DNA of 56,482 bases from an uncultured Verrucomicrobia subdivision 3 bacterium (GTDB lineage Bacteria; Verrucomicrobiota; Verrucomicrobiia; Limisphaerales; UBA8199), in the NCBI GenBank assembly GCA_903912925.1, contig CAIWJG010000171.1, forward strand, positions 1 through 56,482. Reading direction: 5' to 3'. The position numbers and the translations under genes were made by a program. The notes below the pieces were generated by a model that was not told the origin of the DNA, did not search any database, and saw only the letters and a program-made list of their open reading frames with translations. Position 1 is the first letter of the stretch; each line of letters opens with the position of its first letter. This document shows, piece after piece, positions 1 to 10,247 of this stretch.

Positions 1-128
1 CGATCCGCCGTCGCCGTATCGTCCATTCTAGGTCCACCAACCCAGACTTTAGCGAGAGACTAAACGTGACATCAGCACTATCTTCAATTTACCTCAATTA
101 ATTCTTCCGACCTCTGCGCCCCAAGGCT

Positions 129-254
129 GTGAACGGTAACACCAACTGGATGAATCTGCTTTCCCTGACCAATTTGACGTCCAACCCGTATCTGTTCTTT
201 GACCCTGCCGGGGACGGTGAAACAGCCCGATTTTATCGGGCGTTTATGCAGTGA
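129..254 (+). pseudogene. C-terminal remnant of a verrucomicrobial-type secreted protein (TNW..L.TN...F.D...RFYR tail)
   Basis: Manual translation VNGNTNWMNLLSLTNLTSNPYLFFDPAGDGETARFYRAFMQ*. An in-frame TAA at 99-101 closes the frame upstream. Not in the ORF track. Confidence 0.5.
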
Positions 255-348
255 GCGGGGGTGGGGGAGACAATCGTTGAAGTAGTTGGAGGTTGCCCAT
301 TCCTCCGTAGCGGCACTGCGGAGGGTGGAAGGCTGAGGGGCGGGAGAG

Positions 349-466
349 GATCCAACCGCTTTCAGGGTTGAGGGGATTCCTCGGTGTTTTCCCCAGCGTG
401 GGACCTCCGCCCCTTTTTCCCTGGCGGTCCAACGCTGGGCTGAATGACACAATCCCATGGGGATAG
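349..466. repeat. Composite palindromic REP-like element
   Basis: Stems caacc..ggttg, cccagcgtgggacc/ggtccaacgctggg and atcccatggggat. Confidence 0.5.
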
Positions 467-478
467 CCCCGGCTGGAC

Positions 479-582
479 AAGCCACCCCAATGCGACTTCA
501 AAGCCACCTCAATGCGTGTTGCTAGCCAGGCGGTAGCCACCTCAATGCGACCTCAAAGCCACCCCAAAGCCACCCCAAAGCC
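479..582. repeat. Degenerate ~10-nt tandem repeat (aagccacccc / aatgcgacct)
   Basis: Repeated gccacc(c/t)caa units are directly visible. Confidence 0.7.
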
Positions 583-814
583 TGGTCTCTCGGGCGGCGT
601 AGGGACATTCCTTGCCTCGCTGCGCTTCGCAACCTCGGGTTGCTACCCCCGGTTGCCGGGATCGGCATCGTTCCGCGATGTGTCAAAGCCGGGAACGGCT
701 GCCAATGGGGCGGCGCGCTCTCCCCTAACGTCCCCTCCTCGCTTGCTCCGCGCCGGTAGCTCTGCTATCCAACGCAGCGATGATTAAACCCGGTTCAGGT
801 CCCGTCTAAGGCGC

Positions 815-3352
815 ATGGCAGAAACGGCATTCATTGCGCTACGCGTCAGCGTGGACGGCAAGTTCTTCCGGTTCGGCGAGAAGAAGTTCTACGCCAAAGG
901 GCTGGCGTATGGGCCGTTCGCGCCGAATGCCGCCGGTCAGCCGTTCGCCTCGCCGGAGCAGACGGTCAGGGACTTTGCCCAAATCCGCGAGCTGGGGGCC
1001 AATCTCATCCGGGTGTATCACGTGCCGGCGAAGTGGTTCCTCGATCTGGCTGCCGAGCACAAACTGAAGGTGCTCATTGACATTCCTTGGAACAAGCATC
1101 TCTGTTTCCTCGACTCGCACGCCCAGCGGGCCGAGGCGTGCGAAGCGGTGCACCGGGCGGTGTTCGCCTGTGCGCGCCATCGGGCGGTGTTCGCGTTCAG
1201 CGTCGCCAACGAGATACCGACGGATATCGTGCGCTGGAGCGGCGCGCAGGCGGTCACCGACTTTATCGATGACCTTGTCCATGAGGCCAAGCGGGCGGAC
1301 CCGGAGTGCTTGTGCACGTTTACAAACTACCCGTCCACCGAGTTCCTGCACCCGCAAAGCGTGGACTTCCTGTGTTTCAACGTGTATCTGCACCAGCGGT
1401 CGGCGTTCGAGAGTTACCTCGCACGCTTGCAGATGCTGGCCGACGGCAAACCGCTGCTGCTGGGCGAGTGTGGCTTCGACTCGTTGCGGGAAGGGGAAGC
1501 AGGCCAGGCTGAGATGCTGGAGTGGCAGATCGAAAGCGCGTTTCGCGGCGGGTTGGCCGGGATGGTCGTGTTCACCTTTACGGACGACTGGTGGCGGGGC
1601 GGGCGGCAGATCGACGACTGGAAGATGGGCCTGACCACGCGGGACCGGCAGCCGAAGCCGGCCTTTCAGACCGTGCAGAAGATGTTCCGCGCGGCACCCC
1701 ACTTCCCGCTGGCGCGCTGTCCGCGGGTCTCGGTAGTGGTGGCCAGCTACAATGGCGAGCGCACGCTCAAGGCCTGCCTAGACTCGCTGGAACGGCTCAA
1801 TTACCCGGACTATGAAGTGATCCTGGTGGATGACGGATCGGGTGATACGACGCGGCAAATCGCCTTCGCGCATCCCAACGTCCGCTACTTTCGCCACGAG
1901 AAGAACCTGGGCCTGTCGGTGGCGCGCAATACGGGCATCGCGGCGGCTACGGGCGAGATTGTGGCGTTCACAGACTCCGACTGCCGGGCGGACGCGGACT
2001 GGCTGTATTACCTGGTGGGCGATTTGTTGGAGAGCGAGTTCGCAGGTGTCGGTGGTCCCAATCTCCTGCCTCCGGAGGACTCACTGGTGGCCGCGGCGGT
2101 GATGGCGTCGCCGGGCGGCCCGGCGCACGTGATGCTGACCGACCGCCAGGCGGAGCACATCCCCGGCTGCAACATGGCGTTCTATAAATGGGCGCTGGCG
2201 CAGGTGGGCGGGTTCGATCCGATCTTCCACCGGGCGGGCGACGACGTGGACCTGTGCTGGCGCTTGCAGCAGGCGGGCTTGAAGATTGGTTTCAGCCCGG
2301 CGGCCTTTGTGTGGCACTACCGGCGCTCGACGATCCGGGCTTACGTGCGGCAGCAGCGCGGTTACGGGGAGGCGGAGGCGTTGCTGGTGCGCAAGCACCC
2401 GGAGTGCTTTAATTCCTTTGGCGGGAGCCTCTGGCACGGGCGGATTTACACCGCTTCCAAGCTTCACGATTGGGTGCGACCGCCCATTATCTATCGGGGC
2501 CCCTTTGGCAGCGCGGGTTTCCAGTTCCTTTACGCTTCGCAGCCGGCATTCAACTTAATGGCGTGTACCACGCCGGAGTATCATGTGCTGGTAACCCTGC
2601 CGCTGTGGGTGATGTCGGTGACGTTCCATCTCCTGCTGCCGATGGCAATCACCAGCCTGCTGATCTCGGTCGGTGCGTGCGTGGCCGCCGCCGCACAGGC
2701 TCCCCTGCCCCGGACGAAGCGGCGCTGGTGGTCGCGTCCGCTCGTGGGGTTGCTGTTTTTCGTCCAACCGATCGTGCGCGGGTGGGCGCGTTACCAGGGC
2801 CGCTTGTTGCGGCGGTCCGCGCCGCTGGCGCCGCAGCCAACGCTCGATTCCATGGCGCTACGCGCCAGCAGGCTATCGCTGCGCGAAGTCAGTTATTGGG
2901 CGGAGCAGCGCCTCGACCGGCTGGCGTTCGCCACTGCTATCCTGCGCCGGCTGGACCAACAGGGCTGGCCGAACAAGTGCGACATCGGCTGGAGCGACTA
3001 CGATGTCGAGGTTCACGACAGCCGCTGGAGCAAGTTGCAACTCATCACCGTGGCCGAAGAGCATTCCCTGGGCAAACAACTGATCCGCTGCCGGCTGCGC
3101 GCACGCTGGGCACTGCGGACTCGGGTCGCTTTCTGGTCGCTCTGCGGCCTGGAACTGCTTATCTGCGGGCTGGTGGGACGCGGGCTACCTTGGCTATGGT
3201 CATTGCTGTTGACGCTGCCGCTGTTTGTCTGGTTCATCCGTCGCCAGCAGCGCAACCTGCAAAGCATCATGGTGGTGTTCCTGGACGAACTGGCCAAGGA
3301 ATGGCGCCTCGCCAAAGTGCAGCCGCAAGACGGCAAGAGCCAGGGCCAGTGA
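815..3352 (+). CDS. Fused clan GH-A (GH2-like TIM barrel) glycoside hydrolase + GT2 glycosyltransferase + C-terminal membrane domain
   Basis: N-terminal half has SVANE (acid/base Glu) and LLGECG (nucleophile Glu). GT2 part has VSVVV, VDDGS, FTDSDC and GDDVDLCWR. Hydrophobic helices follow. Confidence 0.8.
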   Translation: MAETAFIALRVSVDGKFFRFGEKKFYAKGLAYGPFAPNAAGQPFASPEQTVRDFAQIRELGANLIRVYHVPAKWFLDLAAEHKLKVLIDIPWNKHLCFLDSHAQRAEACEAVHRAVFACARHRAVFAFSVANEIPTDIVRWSGAQAVTDFIDDLVHEAKRADPECLCTFTNYPSTEFLHPQSVDFLCFNVYLHQRSAFESYLARLQMLADGKPLLLGECGFDSLREGEAGQAEMLEWQIESAFRGGLAGMVVFTFTDDWWRGGRQIDDWKMGLTTRDRQPKPAFQTVQKMFRAAPHFPLARCPRVSVVVASYNGERTLKACLDSLERLNYPDYEVILVDDGSGDTTRQIAFAHPNVRYFRHEKNLGLSVARNTGIAAATGEIVAFTDSDCRADADWLYYLVGDLLESEFAGVGGPNLLPPEDSLVAAAVMASPGGPAHVMLTDRQAEHIPGCNMAFYKWALAQVGGFDPIFHRAGDDVDLCWRLQQAGLKIGFSPAAFVWHYRRSTIRAYVRQQRGYGEAEALLVRKHPECFNSFGGSLWHGRIYTASKLHDWVRPPIIYRGPFGSAGFQFLYASQPAFNLMACTTPEYHVLVTLPLWVMSVTFHLLLPMAITSLLISVGACVAAAAQAPLPRTKRRWWSRPLVGLLFFVQPIVRGWARYQGRLLRRSAPLAPQPTLDSMALRASRLSLREVSYWAEQRLDRLAFATAILRRLDQQGWPNKCDIGWSDYDVEVHDSRWSKLQLITVAEEHSLGKQLIRCRLRARWALRTRVAFWSLCGLELLICGLVGRGLPWLWSLLLTLPLFVWFIRRQQRNLQSIMVVFLDELAKEWRLAKVQPQDGKSQGQ

Positions 3353-3372
3353 CAAAGTCGGCTTGAGTCATT

Positions 3373-3472
3373 GTAGGAGACGACGTTAGGAGTCTCTGAT
3401 CTATTGGCCTGTCGCCCAAACCTGCGCTTGCTCGGGACGTGCTGATTAGAGACTCCTTACGTCGTCTCCTAC
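3373..3472. repeat. GTAG-type REP doublet (REPIN-like), copy 1
   Basis: GTAGGAGACGACGTTAGGAGTCTCT ... AGAGACTCCTTACGTCGTCTCCTAC inverted arms. An inverted homologous copy lies at 36960-37058. Confidence 0.85.
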
Positions 3473-3536
3473 AGCTCCAGCGCCACACTGATTGCATCGG
3501 GAGCCGCGACGCGGTAGGGTGAGGCTTGGCATCGCT

Positions 3537-4327
<791 letters not shown>

Positions 4328-4331
<4 letters not shown>

Positions 4332-4804
4332 GGCCCTTCAAAGCCATCGCCGCCATGTCGCTCAATCGGGTGATTGGGGCGGGCAACCGCATCCCTTGGC
4401 ATCTGCCCGAGGATTTCAAGTGGTTCAAGCAGATGACCACTGGCCAGGTGATCGTGATGGGGCGCAAGACCTTCGAGTCCATTGGCCGGCCGCTGCCGAA
4501 TCGCACGACTATTGTGCTCACGCGCTTGGCGGGGCCAATACCGGGGGTGCGCACGGTATCCGATCTAGGTCAGATTGACCGTGCCGACCCGGCGTTGGCG
4601 GGGCGGGAGGTGTATATCTGCGGCGGCGCGCAGATCTATCAGCAGACGCTGCCGCTTTGCTCGGATCTCTACCTGACGCTGGTGCAGCGCGTAGTGGAAG
4701 GTGACATCCGCTTCCCGCCGTTCGAGGATGATTTCGAGCTGGCTGAGGAGGTGCTTACCCGGCCGGAGTTCAAGATTCTGCACTACCGGGCGCGCACCCG
4801 TTAG
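4328..4804 (+). CDS. folA: Dihydrofolate reductase
   Basis: [25 protein letters not shown] and GGAQIY. Overlaps the thyA stop (GTGA). Confidence 0.96.
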
Positions 4805-4851
4805 ACTTCAGCCTTTAGCCTTCAGCCGCCAGCCTTTAGACTGCGCCCCCA

Positions 4852-6420
4852 ATGTCGCAGATGTTGAAATCCTCCGGGGCGATGGCCGCCGCGACCCTGA
4901 CCAGCCGGTTGCTGGGCATGGTGCGCGAGATGGTCTATGCGGCGTTCATGGGCAACACGTGGGTGGCCAGCGCCTTCACCCTGGCGTTCCAAGTGCCCAA
5001 CCTCTTCCGCCGCCTGCTGGGCGAAGGGGCGCTCACGGCGGCTTTCATCCCGATCTTCAAACAGAAGGAGGTCAAAGAGGGAGAGGCGGAAATGTGGCGC
5101 TCGGCGAATGCCGTGGTTTCCGGGCTGGTCATAGCCGCAGGGGCAGTGACGGTGCTGGCGGTGCTGGGCATCTCCCTGGCGCTGGCTGCCGGGCAGTTCG
5201 AAGACGAGACGCGGCTGATGCTCCGGCTGTTGCGCCTGATGTTTCCCTACGTGCTGCTGGTGTGCCTGGCCGCGGTGTTTATCGGCATGGCCAATGCGCG
5301 GGGGCACTTCTTCGTGCCGGCGTTAGGGGCGGTGTTGTTGAACGTGATCATGATCGCGAGTGTGCTGCTGTTGGCGCCGCGCATGGGCCTCGCGCTGGAG
5401 CAGCAAATCTTCGGCTTGGCCATTGGCGTGGTGGTGGCGGGCGTCGCCCAGGCTTTTTTCCAATTGCCAAGCCTCTCCCGCGAGGGATACCACTACGCGT
5501 GGGTTTCACCCTGGCAGGACCCCACCGTCCGCGAAGTCGTGCGCAAGATGCTGCCCGGCTCGATCGGGGTCGCCGCCTTCCAGATCAACGTGCTCGCCAC
5601 GCAGTGCTTTTCGTTTTGGTTCGACCCCACGATCGTTGCCACGTTCAACTATTCGGTGCGGCTGATGGAGTTGCCGCAAGGCATGTTTGGCGTCTCGCTC
5701 GCCACTTACCTGCTGCCAACCCTCGCTGGCCTGGCGGCGGCCAAGAAGTTCCCCGAGTTCCGCCAGACGCTGAGCCAGGGCTTGTGCTATCTGGCCTTCG
5801 GAAACCTGATCGCCGCGGCTATCTCGCTGGCGCTGGCGGTGCCGATTGTGCGGCTGATCTTCGAGCACGGCAAATTCGGACCCGACGCCACCCAGCGAGT
5901 GGCGCTGGCGCTGGCCTGCCTGGCGCCGGGATTGTTGATGTTCTCGATGAACAACATTCTGGCACGGGCATTCTATGCGTTGGAGGACATCAAGACGCCG
6001 ATGAAGATCAGCCTGGTTTGCCTGGCCGTGAACCTGGGGTTTGCCTTTTGGCTGGTGCATCGCTACCGGGAAGCCGGCTTGGGTGTGGCCAACACCCTTA
6101 GCGCGATTTTGAACCTGGCGCTGCTGGTGTATGCCCTCCGCCGCAAGCTCTCGCGGTTGGGCCTGGCGGACGTGGTCAACACGCTGCTGGTGCTCGTGCC
6201 CAACGCCATCCTGGCGGGAGGGGTCGCCGCTGCGCTCGCATGGCTCTGGGAGAAGCGGCTTGGCCACGCCACGCTCATGTTCAAGCTCGGGATGGTATTC
6301 GTGCCCGGCGGCATCGCGGTGCTGATCTATTGGCTGGTGGCGATTTGGCTGAAGGTGCCCGCCGCCCGGGAGATGACCGATTTCATCCTCCAAAGGTTTC
6401 GCCGGACCGGCAGGGGTTAG
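4852..6420 (+). CDS. murJ: Lipid II flippase MurJ
   Basis: SRLLGMVRE, PNLFRRLLGEGAL, RLMELPQG, ARAFYA..D.KTP; many transmembrane helices. Confidence 0.95.
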   Translation: MSQMLKSSGAMAAATLTSRLLGMVREMVYAAFMGNTWVASAFTLAFQVPNLFRRLLGEGALTAAFIPIFKQKEVKEGEAEMWRSANAVVSGLVIAAGAVTVLAVLGISLALAAGQFEDETRLMLRLLRLMFPYVLLVCLAAVFIGMANARGHFFVPALGAVLLNVIMIASVLLLAPRMGLALEQQIFGLAIGVVVAGVAQAFFQLPSLSREGYHYAWVSPWQDPTVREVVRKMLPGSIGVAAFQINVLATQCFSFWFDPTIVATFNYSVRLMELPQGMFGVSLATYLLPTLAGLAAAKKFPEFRQTLSQGLCYLAFGNLIAAAISLALAVPIVRLIFEHGKFGPDATQRVALALACLAPGLLMFSMNNILARAFYALEDIKTPMKISLVCLAVNLGFAFWLVHRYREAGLGVANTLSAILNLALLVYALRRKLSRLGLADVVNTLLVLVPNAILAGGVAAALAWLWEKRLGHATLMFKLGMVFVPGGIAVLIYWLVAIWLKVPAAREMTDFILQRFRRTGRG

Positions 6421-6480
6421 TGCGGCAGGCGTCTAGCCCATGAGGCCAAATTGATTGAGGCGTGGAATGAAACTGAATAA
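6421..6480 (+). pseudogene. C-terminal remnant of a DUF4160-like protein
   Basis: Reads ...LAHEAKLIEAWNETE*, resembling DUF4160 C-termini. It overlaps the start of the DUF2442 gene, its usual partner. Confidence 0.5.
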
Positions 6481-6760
6481 CACTCCGCCACCGGACGTAA
6501 CGACGGTGCAGATCACCGATGAACGGCTGACATTCGGCTTGGAAGATGGACGGACGGTAAGCGTGCCGCTGTCGTTTTATCCCACGTTGCAATTCGCCAC
6601 GCGGCGCGAACGCGCGGACTTTGAGATCACCCACAGCTCCGTTTATTGGCCGAAGCTCGATTGCGACATCAGTTCCGACTGCCTGCTGCGCGGCGCCAAG
6701 GAAGCCCGCAGATTTGCCGAACGCGCCTGGCGCAAAAAGGCAAAGCTGGCGGCCGCCTGA
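6467..6760 (+). CDS. DUF2442 family protein (putative toxin-antitoxin component)
   Basis: L.DGRTVSVPL.FYP.L..AT..ER..F....VYWP.LD.DIS...LL pattern. Confidence 0.8.
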   Translation: MKLNNTPPPDVTTVQITDERLTFGLEDGRTVSVPLSFYPTLQFATRRERADFEITHSSVYWPKLDCDISSDCLLRGAKEARRFAERAWRKKAKLAAA

Positions 6761-6869
6761 ATTCAAGAGGTTTCGCAACCGCGCTGGGTCAGGGGCGCGA
6801 CTCGGCGCTCGGCGGGACCGGTATAGTGGGAGAGCGGTCGGATCAGGCGGTTGGCATCAGCAGCGGTAA

Positions 6870-7040
6870 CCCTTCCAGGCCTTCCAGGAGGCAGAAAACC
6901 TTGCTGCCGCGCACACGGAAACCCTGGGCGTGCGCAGCCTCGACCTCCTGCATGTGGGCATGGCGGTCGCGCTTGGCGCCACGGAGTTCCTCACCTTCGA
7001 TGCGCGTCAAGCAGCCTTGGCGAAGGCCGCTGGCCTCAAA
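6870..7040 (+). pseudogene. C-terminal half of a VapC/PIN toxin
   Basis: QAFQEAENLAAAHTETLGVRSLDLLHVGMAVALGATEFLTFDARQAALAKAAGL aligns with the intact VapC at 25654-26091. In-frame TAA at 6867-6869 and no N-terminal half. Confidence 0.8.
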
Positions 7041-7059
7041 GGGTGTGTGAACCTGAGGC

Positions 7060-7216
7060 GCACCCGCGGTGCTCGGGCGCTTCCTGACACCTCCGCCGGA
7101 ACGCCGGATTCATCCGGCAGCCCCTGGTGCGGCTCGTCGGCCTGCCGGATGAATCCGGCGTTCTGATTGGCATGGCCGCCCGCCTGGGTGGTGGGGTCGG
7201 GATGCACCCGCGGTGC
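7060..7216. repeat. REP doublet with a perfect 22-bp inverted repeat, inside 13-bp direct repeats
   Basis: gaacgccggattcatccggcag (7099-7120) pairs with 7142-7163. gcacccgcggtgc occurs at 7060-7072 and 7204-7216. Confidence 0.85.
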
Positions 7217-7301
7217 GCCGACGCCCCACTTTCGTATTGCGAGCCTGGAGTGGCTTCTCTACGTTCCACCGTTCGTAAATAGAGAGAAAACTTGGATTAT
7301 T

Positions 7302-8201
7302 ATGAGCGTTCTAATTGTCGGCTCGACCGCGCTGGATTCCATTACGACGCCCACGGCGTCGAACCCGCGCCTGCTGGGCGGCTCCGCCAGCCACGCAGCA
7401 GTGGCGGCCAGCTTCTTTGGCCCCGTCAAACTGGTGGGGGTTGTGGGGGAGGACTTTCCCAAGCGCTATCTCCAGCTCTATAAGCGGCACCGGATTGATT
7501 TGCTAGGCTTGCAGGTGCTGCCGGGCAAGACCTTTCACTGGGCGGGTGAATACGAGGCGAACATGAACAACCGCCGCACGCTCAAGACTGAACTGGGCGT
7601 GTTCGAGACGTTCACCCCCGCGCTGCCCGCGGCATATCAGACTGCGCCGTTCGTGTTGCTGGCCAACATCGCTCCGGCGCTGCAACACCACGTGCTGGAC
7701 CAGATGCGGCGGCCTAAGTTTGTCGTCGCGGATACGATGGACTTGTGGCTGAAGGTGGCCCTGCCCGATTTGCTGAAGCTGATCAAACGCCTGGACGGCT
7801 TCGTGCTCAATGACAGCGAAGCGCAGCAATTGACCGGGGAGGACAATGTATTCACAGCACTCAAGAAGATCCACAAGCTTGGCCCGAAGCATGTGGTCAT
7901 CAAGCAAGGTTCGCACGGCTCGATCCTGTCTGGGCCGCGGGGCCTGTTCATTTGCCCGGCCTATCCGCTGCGGAAAGTGGTGGACCCGACGGGCGCTGGG
8001 GATTCGTTTGTCGGCGGCATGATGGGTTACCTGGCGGCAGCGAAAGGGCCGGTTGACGAGCACATCCGCCGGGCCATGACTTACGGCAGCGTGGTGGCTT
8101 CCTTCTGCTGCGAAGGCTTTGGCTTGCAGTGCACGACCAAGATCACCCGCGCCCAGATTAACGGGCGGGTGGAGGAGTTGGAGCGGCTGACGCGCTTCTG
8201 A
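7302..8201 (+). CDS. PfkB/ribokinase-family carbohydrate kinase
   Basis: GGSA.., GVVGEDF and DPTGAGDSFVGG anion-hole motif. Start trimmed to ATG 7302. Confidence 0.9.
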   Translation: MSVLIVGSTALDSITTPTASNPRLLGGSASHAAVAASFFGPVKLVGVVGEDFPKRYLQLYKRHRIDLLGLQVLPGKTFHWAGEYEANMNNRRTLKTELGVFETFTPALPAAYQTAPFVLLANIAPALQHHVLDQMRRPKFVVADTMDLWLKVALPDLLKLIKRLDGFVLNDSEAQQLTGEDNVFTALKKIHKLGPKHVVIKQGSHGSILSGPRGLFICPAYPLRKVVDPTGAGDSFVGGMMGYLAAAKGPVDEHIRRAMTYGSVVASFCCEGFGLQCTTKITRAQINGRVEELERLTRF

Positions 8202-8210
8202 CGCGCTTAC

Positions 8211-8294
8211 AAGTTAAATGAGTTGCCTGAGTTACAGGGTTACAAGGGGCCGCGAGGCCGAGGTAACTCATGTAACAATCTAACCTTGCAACTA
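8211..8294. repeat. 9-nt tandem repeats (gttaaatga/gttacaggg) in inverted arrangement between convergent genes
   Basis: The same unit family occurs at 45056-45091 and 46909-46950. Confidence 0.65.
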
Positions 8295-8296
8295 CC

Positions 8297-9217
8297 TTAG
8301 ATGTGGAAGTCTTCGGGCGGGCGCGGCCGCGCTTTCTTGCTCACCACTTTCACGTTCGCCTCTTCCTGCACCACTAAGGAGTTGGGTGGGACACTCGTGG
8401 TGAGGAAGACGTTCGCCCCGATGGTGCTGCCTTCGCCTACAATGGTATCGCCGCCCATGATCGTGGCGCCGGCGTAGATTGTCACCCGGTCCTCGATGGT
8501 GGGATGGCGCTTTTGCCCGCGCAACTGCTGGCCCGCCGCGAGCGACTTCGCCACCAGGCCCACCCCTTGATACATTTTCACGTGGCTGCCGATGATGGTG
8601 GTCTCCCCGACGACGGTGCCGGTGCAGTGATCCACGAAGAAGTGCGAGCCAATTTGCGCGCCGGGGTGCAGGTCCATCCCGGTGCGGGCGTGCGCCCACT
8701 CGGTCATGATGCGGGGGATGAGGGGAATGTTCTTGAGATACAGCTCGTGCGCCAGCCGCTGCACGGCAATGGCCTCAATGCAAGGATAGGCCACGATCAC
8801 CTCCTCTTTGCTGAGCGCTGCCGGGTCGCCGTTGTAGGCGGCCTCGGTGTCGGTCTGGAGTAGTTCCCGGATGCGCGGCAGGCTGGCCAGGAATTCGACG
8901 GTCAGACTGTGCGCGAATGGGCGCAGACCCTTCTTGGGCAGTTCGGGCGGCGGGCTGTATTCGAGGCTCTTGCAGATTTCCGCTTCCAGGCTGTGCAGCG
9001 CGGTTTCCAGCAGAGCGGAGGTTGTAGTCCTGATCTCGGAAGAGTGGACCAGCTTCTCGTCAAAGAAGCCGGGAAACAGGAGCCGCAACAAATCGGCCGT
9101 GAGCAGCGCAATCGCGCGCTTCGAAGGCAGGTTCTTCCCGTCCAAATGGTTAATGCCGCCCGCCTGGGCGTAGGAAGCTACCAGGCGATCGGTAAGTTGG
9201 GTGACGGTCAACGGCAT
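8297..9217 (-). CDS. cysE: Serine O-acetyltransferase (long EpsC-type)
   Basis: YNGDPAA, TGMDLHPGAQIG..FFVDHCTGTVVGET and KRHPTI. ATG 9217 is preferred from promoter spacing; alternative ATG at 9235. Confidence 0.92.
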   Translation of the reverse strand: MPLTVTQLTDRLVASYAQAGGINHLDGKNLPSKRAIALLTADLLRLLFPGFFDEKLVHSSEIRTTTSALLETALHSLEAEICKSLEYSPPPELPKKGLRPFAHSLTVEFLASLPRIRELLQTDTEAAYNGDPAALSKEEVIVAYPCIEAIAVQRLAHELYLKNIPLIPRIMTEWAHARTGMDLHPGAQIGSHFFVDHCTGTVVGETTIIGSHVKMYQGVGLVAKSLAAGQQLRGQKRHPTIEDRVTIYAGATIMGGDTIVGEGSTIGANVFLTTSVPPNSLVVQEEANVKVVSKKARPRPPEDFHI

Positions 9218-9223
9218 GGAGGG

Positions 9224-9252
9224 AGTATCCGGCATTCCGCGAGGGAGCGCAA
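9224..9252 (-). promoter_or_regulatory. Sigma70-like promoter of cysE (probably leaderless)
   Basis: TTGCGC-17 nt-GATACT-6 nt-ATG on the minus strand. Confidence 0.45.
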
Positions 9253-9299
9253 GCGGCCGGCGCTTAGCAGGCGTGAAACGGGAGCAGCTTTAGCCGCCC

Positions 9300-9388
9300 A
9301 AATCCGAATCCCGAAGCCCGAAGGACCTCTGGCTCTGGCCCGGCAGCAGCCCGCCGACGCAGAGCCGGGTTCGGATTTCGGATTTCCT
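9300..9388. repeat. ccgaa(a/g/t) heptamer-type repeats in inverted arrangement
   Basis: aaatccgaatcccgaagcccgaa ... ttcggatttcggattt. Same family at 15030-15205 and ~28880-28945. Confidence 0.65.
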
Positions 9389-9473
9389 CGTGCTCGGACT
9401 GGTGGTGCCAGCGAGATGCGCCCGCCCGAGAGTCCTGGGGAGTGCGAGCGAGCGAGCGCGACTCGGCGGGCGC

Positions 9474-10247
9474 CTAATGCGTCGTCACTTCCGATCCAAC
9501 GCTCTCCCCGGCGGCTTCCTGGAGGATCTTGATGCCGCTGCTGGTGCCGATGCGCGTCGCGCCGGCTTGCACCATGCGGCGGAGATCAGCCAATGTGCGG
9601 ATGCCGCCCGAGGCCTTCACCCCCAACTTCCTGTCGCGCACGATCCGGCTCATCAGCGCCACATCCTCGACCGTCGCCCCGCCGGGGCTGAACCCGGTTG
9701 AGGTCTTCACAAAGTCAGCACGGGCCTTGACCGCCAGCTTGCACGCGCGGCCTTTCTCCTCGTTGGTCAGCAGGGAGGTCTCCAGGATGACCTTGCACTT
9801 GGCGCTGCCGTCGCGACAGGCCTCGACCACCGAGCGGATGTCCCGGAGCACCAGGGCGTCGTCGCCGCTCTTGAGCGCGCCAATGTTGATGACCACGTCG
9901 ATTTCCTTCGCGCCTTGCCGGATGGCGGCGCGGGCTTCCGCGGCTTTCGTCTCCGGCAGATGCGCGCCGAGCGGAAAGCCGGTGACGCAACAGACCTTCA
10001 CGACCGATCTGCCAAGCAGTCGCCGGGCAAGCGATACCCACGTCGGGTTGACGCAGACCGAATAGAACCTGAACTGGCGCGCTTCGCGGCAAAGCCGCTC
10101 GATATCGGCCTTCGTGGCATCCGGCCGCAGAAGGGTGTGGTCAATGAGTTGTGGGATGTTCAACGGCAGCGGGGTGACTACCGGCGCGACCTTAGCGGCC
10201 AATGGTTCCCGCGCGCGCTTGGCGATCTTCAACTTCTTCACGATCAA
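9474..10247 (-). CDS. deoC: Deoxyribose-phosphate aldolase
   Basis: [36 protein letters not shown] and RIGTSS. Start uncertain. Confidence 0.95.
   Translation of the reverse strand: MIVKKLKIAKRAREPLAAKVAPVVTPLPLNIPQLIDHTLLRPDATKADIERLCREARQFRFYSVCVNPTWVSLARRLLGRSVVKVCCVTGFPLGAHLPETKAAEARAAIRQGAKEIDVVINIGALKSGDDALVLRDIRSVVEACRDGSAKCKVILETSLLTNEEKGRACKLAVKARADFVKTSTGFSPGGATVEDVALMSRIVRDRKLGVKASGGIRTLADLRRMVQAGATRIGTSSGIKILQEAAGESVGSEVTTH

Noticed and set aside
4701-6101. Long overlapping or antisense ORFs (e.g. 4701..6101, 11095..12255, 19800..21188, 35008..36111)
   Set aside because: Shadow frames of well-supported genes in GC-rich DNA, with low-complexity Arg/Gly/Ala-rich or antisense-type translations.
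6418-6480. Stop-codon readthrough extension of MurJ
   Set aside because: The in-frame tail is better explained as a DUF4160 remnant; MurJ is already full length.
6930-7166. 78-aa ORF as an intact gene
   Set aside because: Only its first ~37 residues are VapC-like; the rest reads through REP palindromes.
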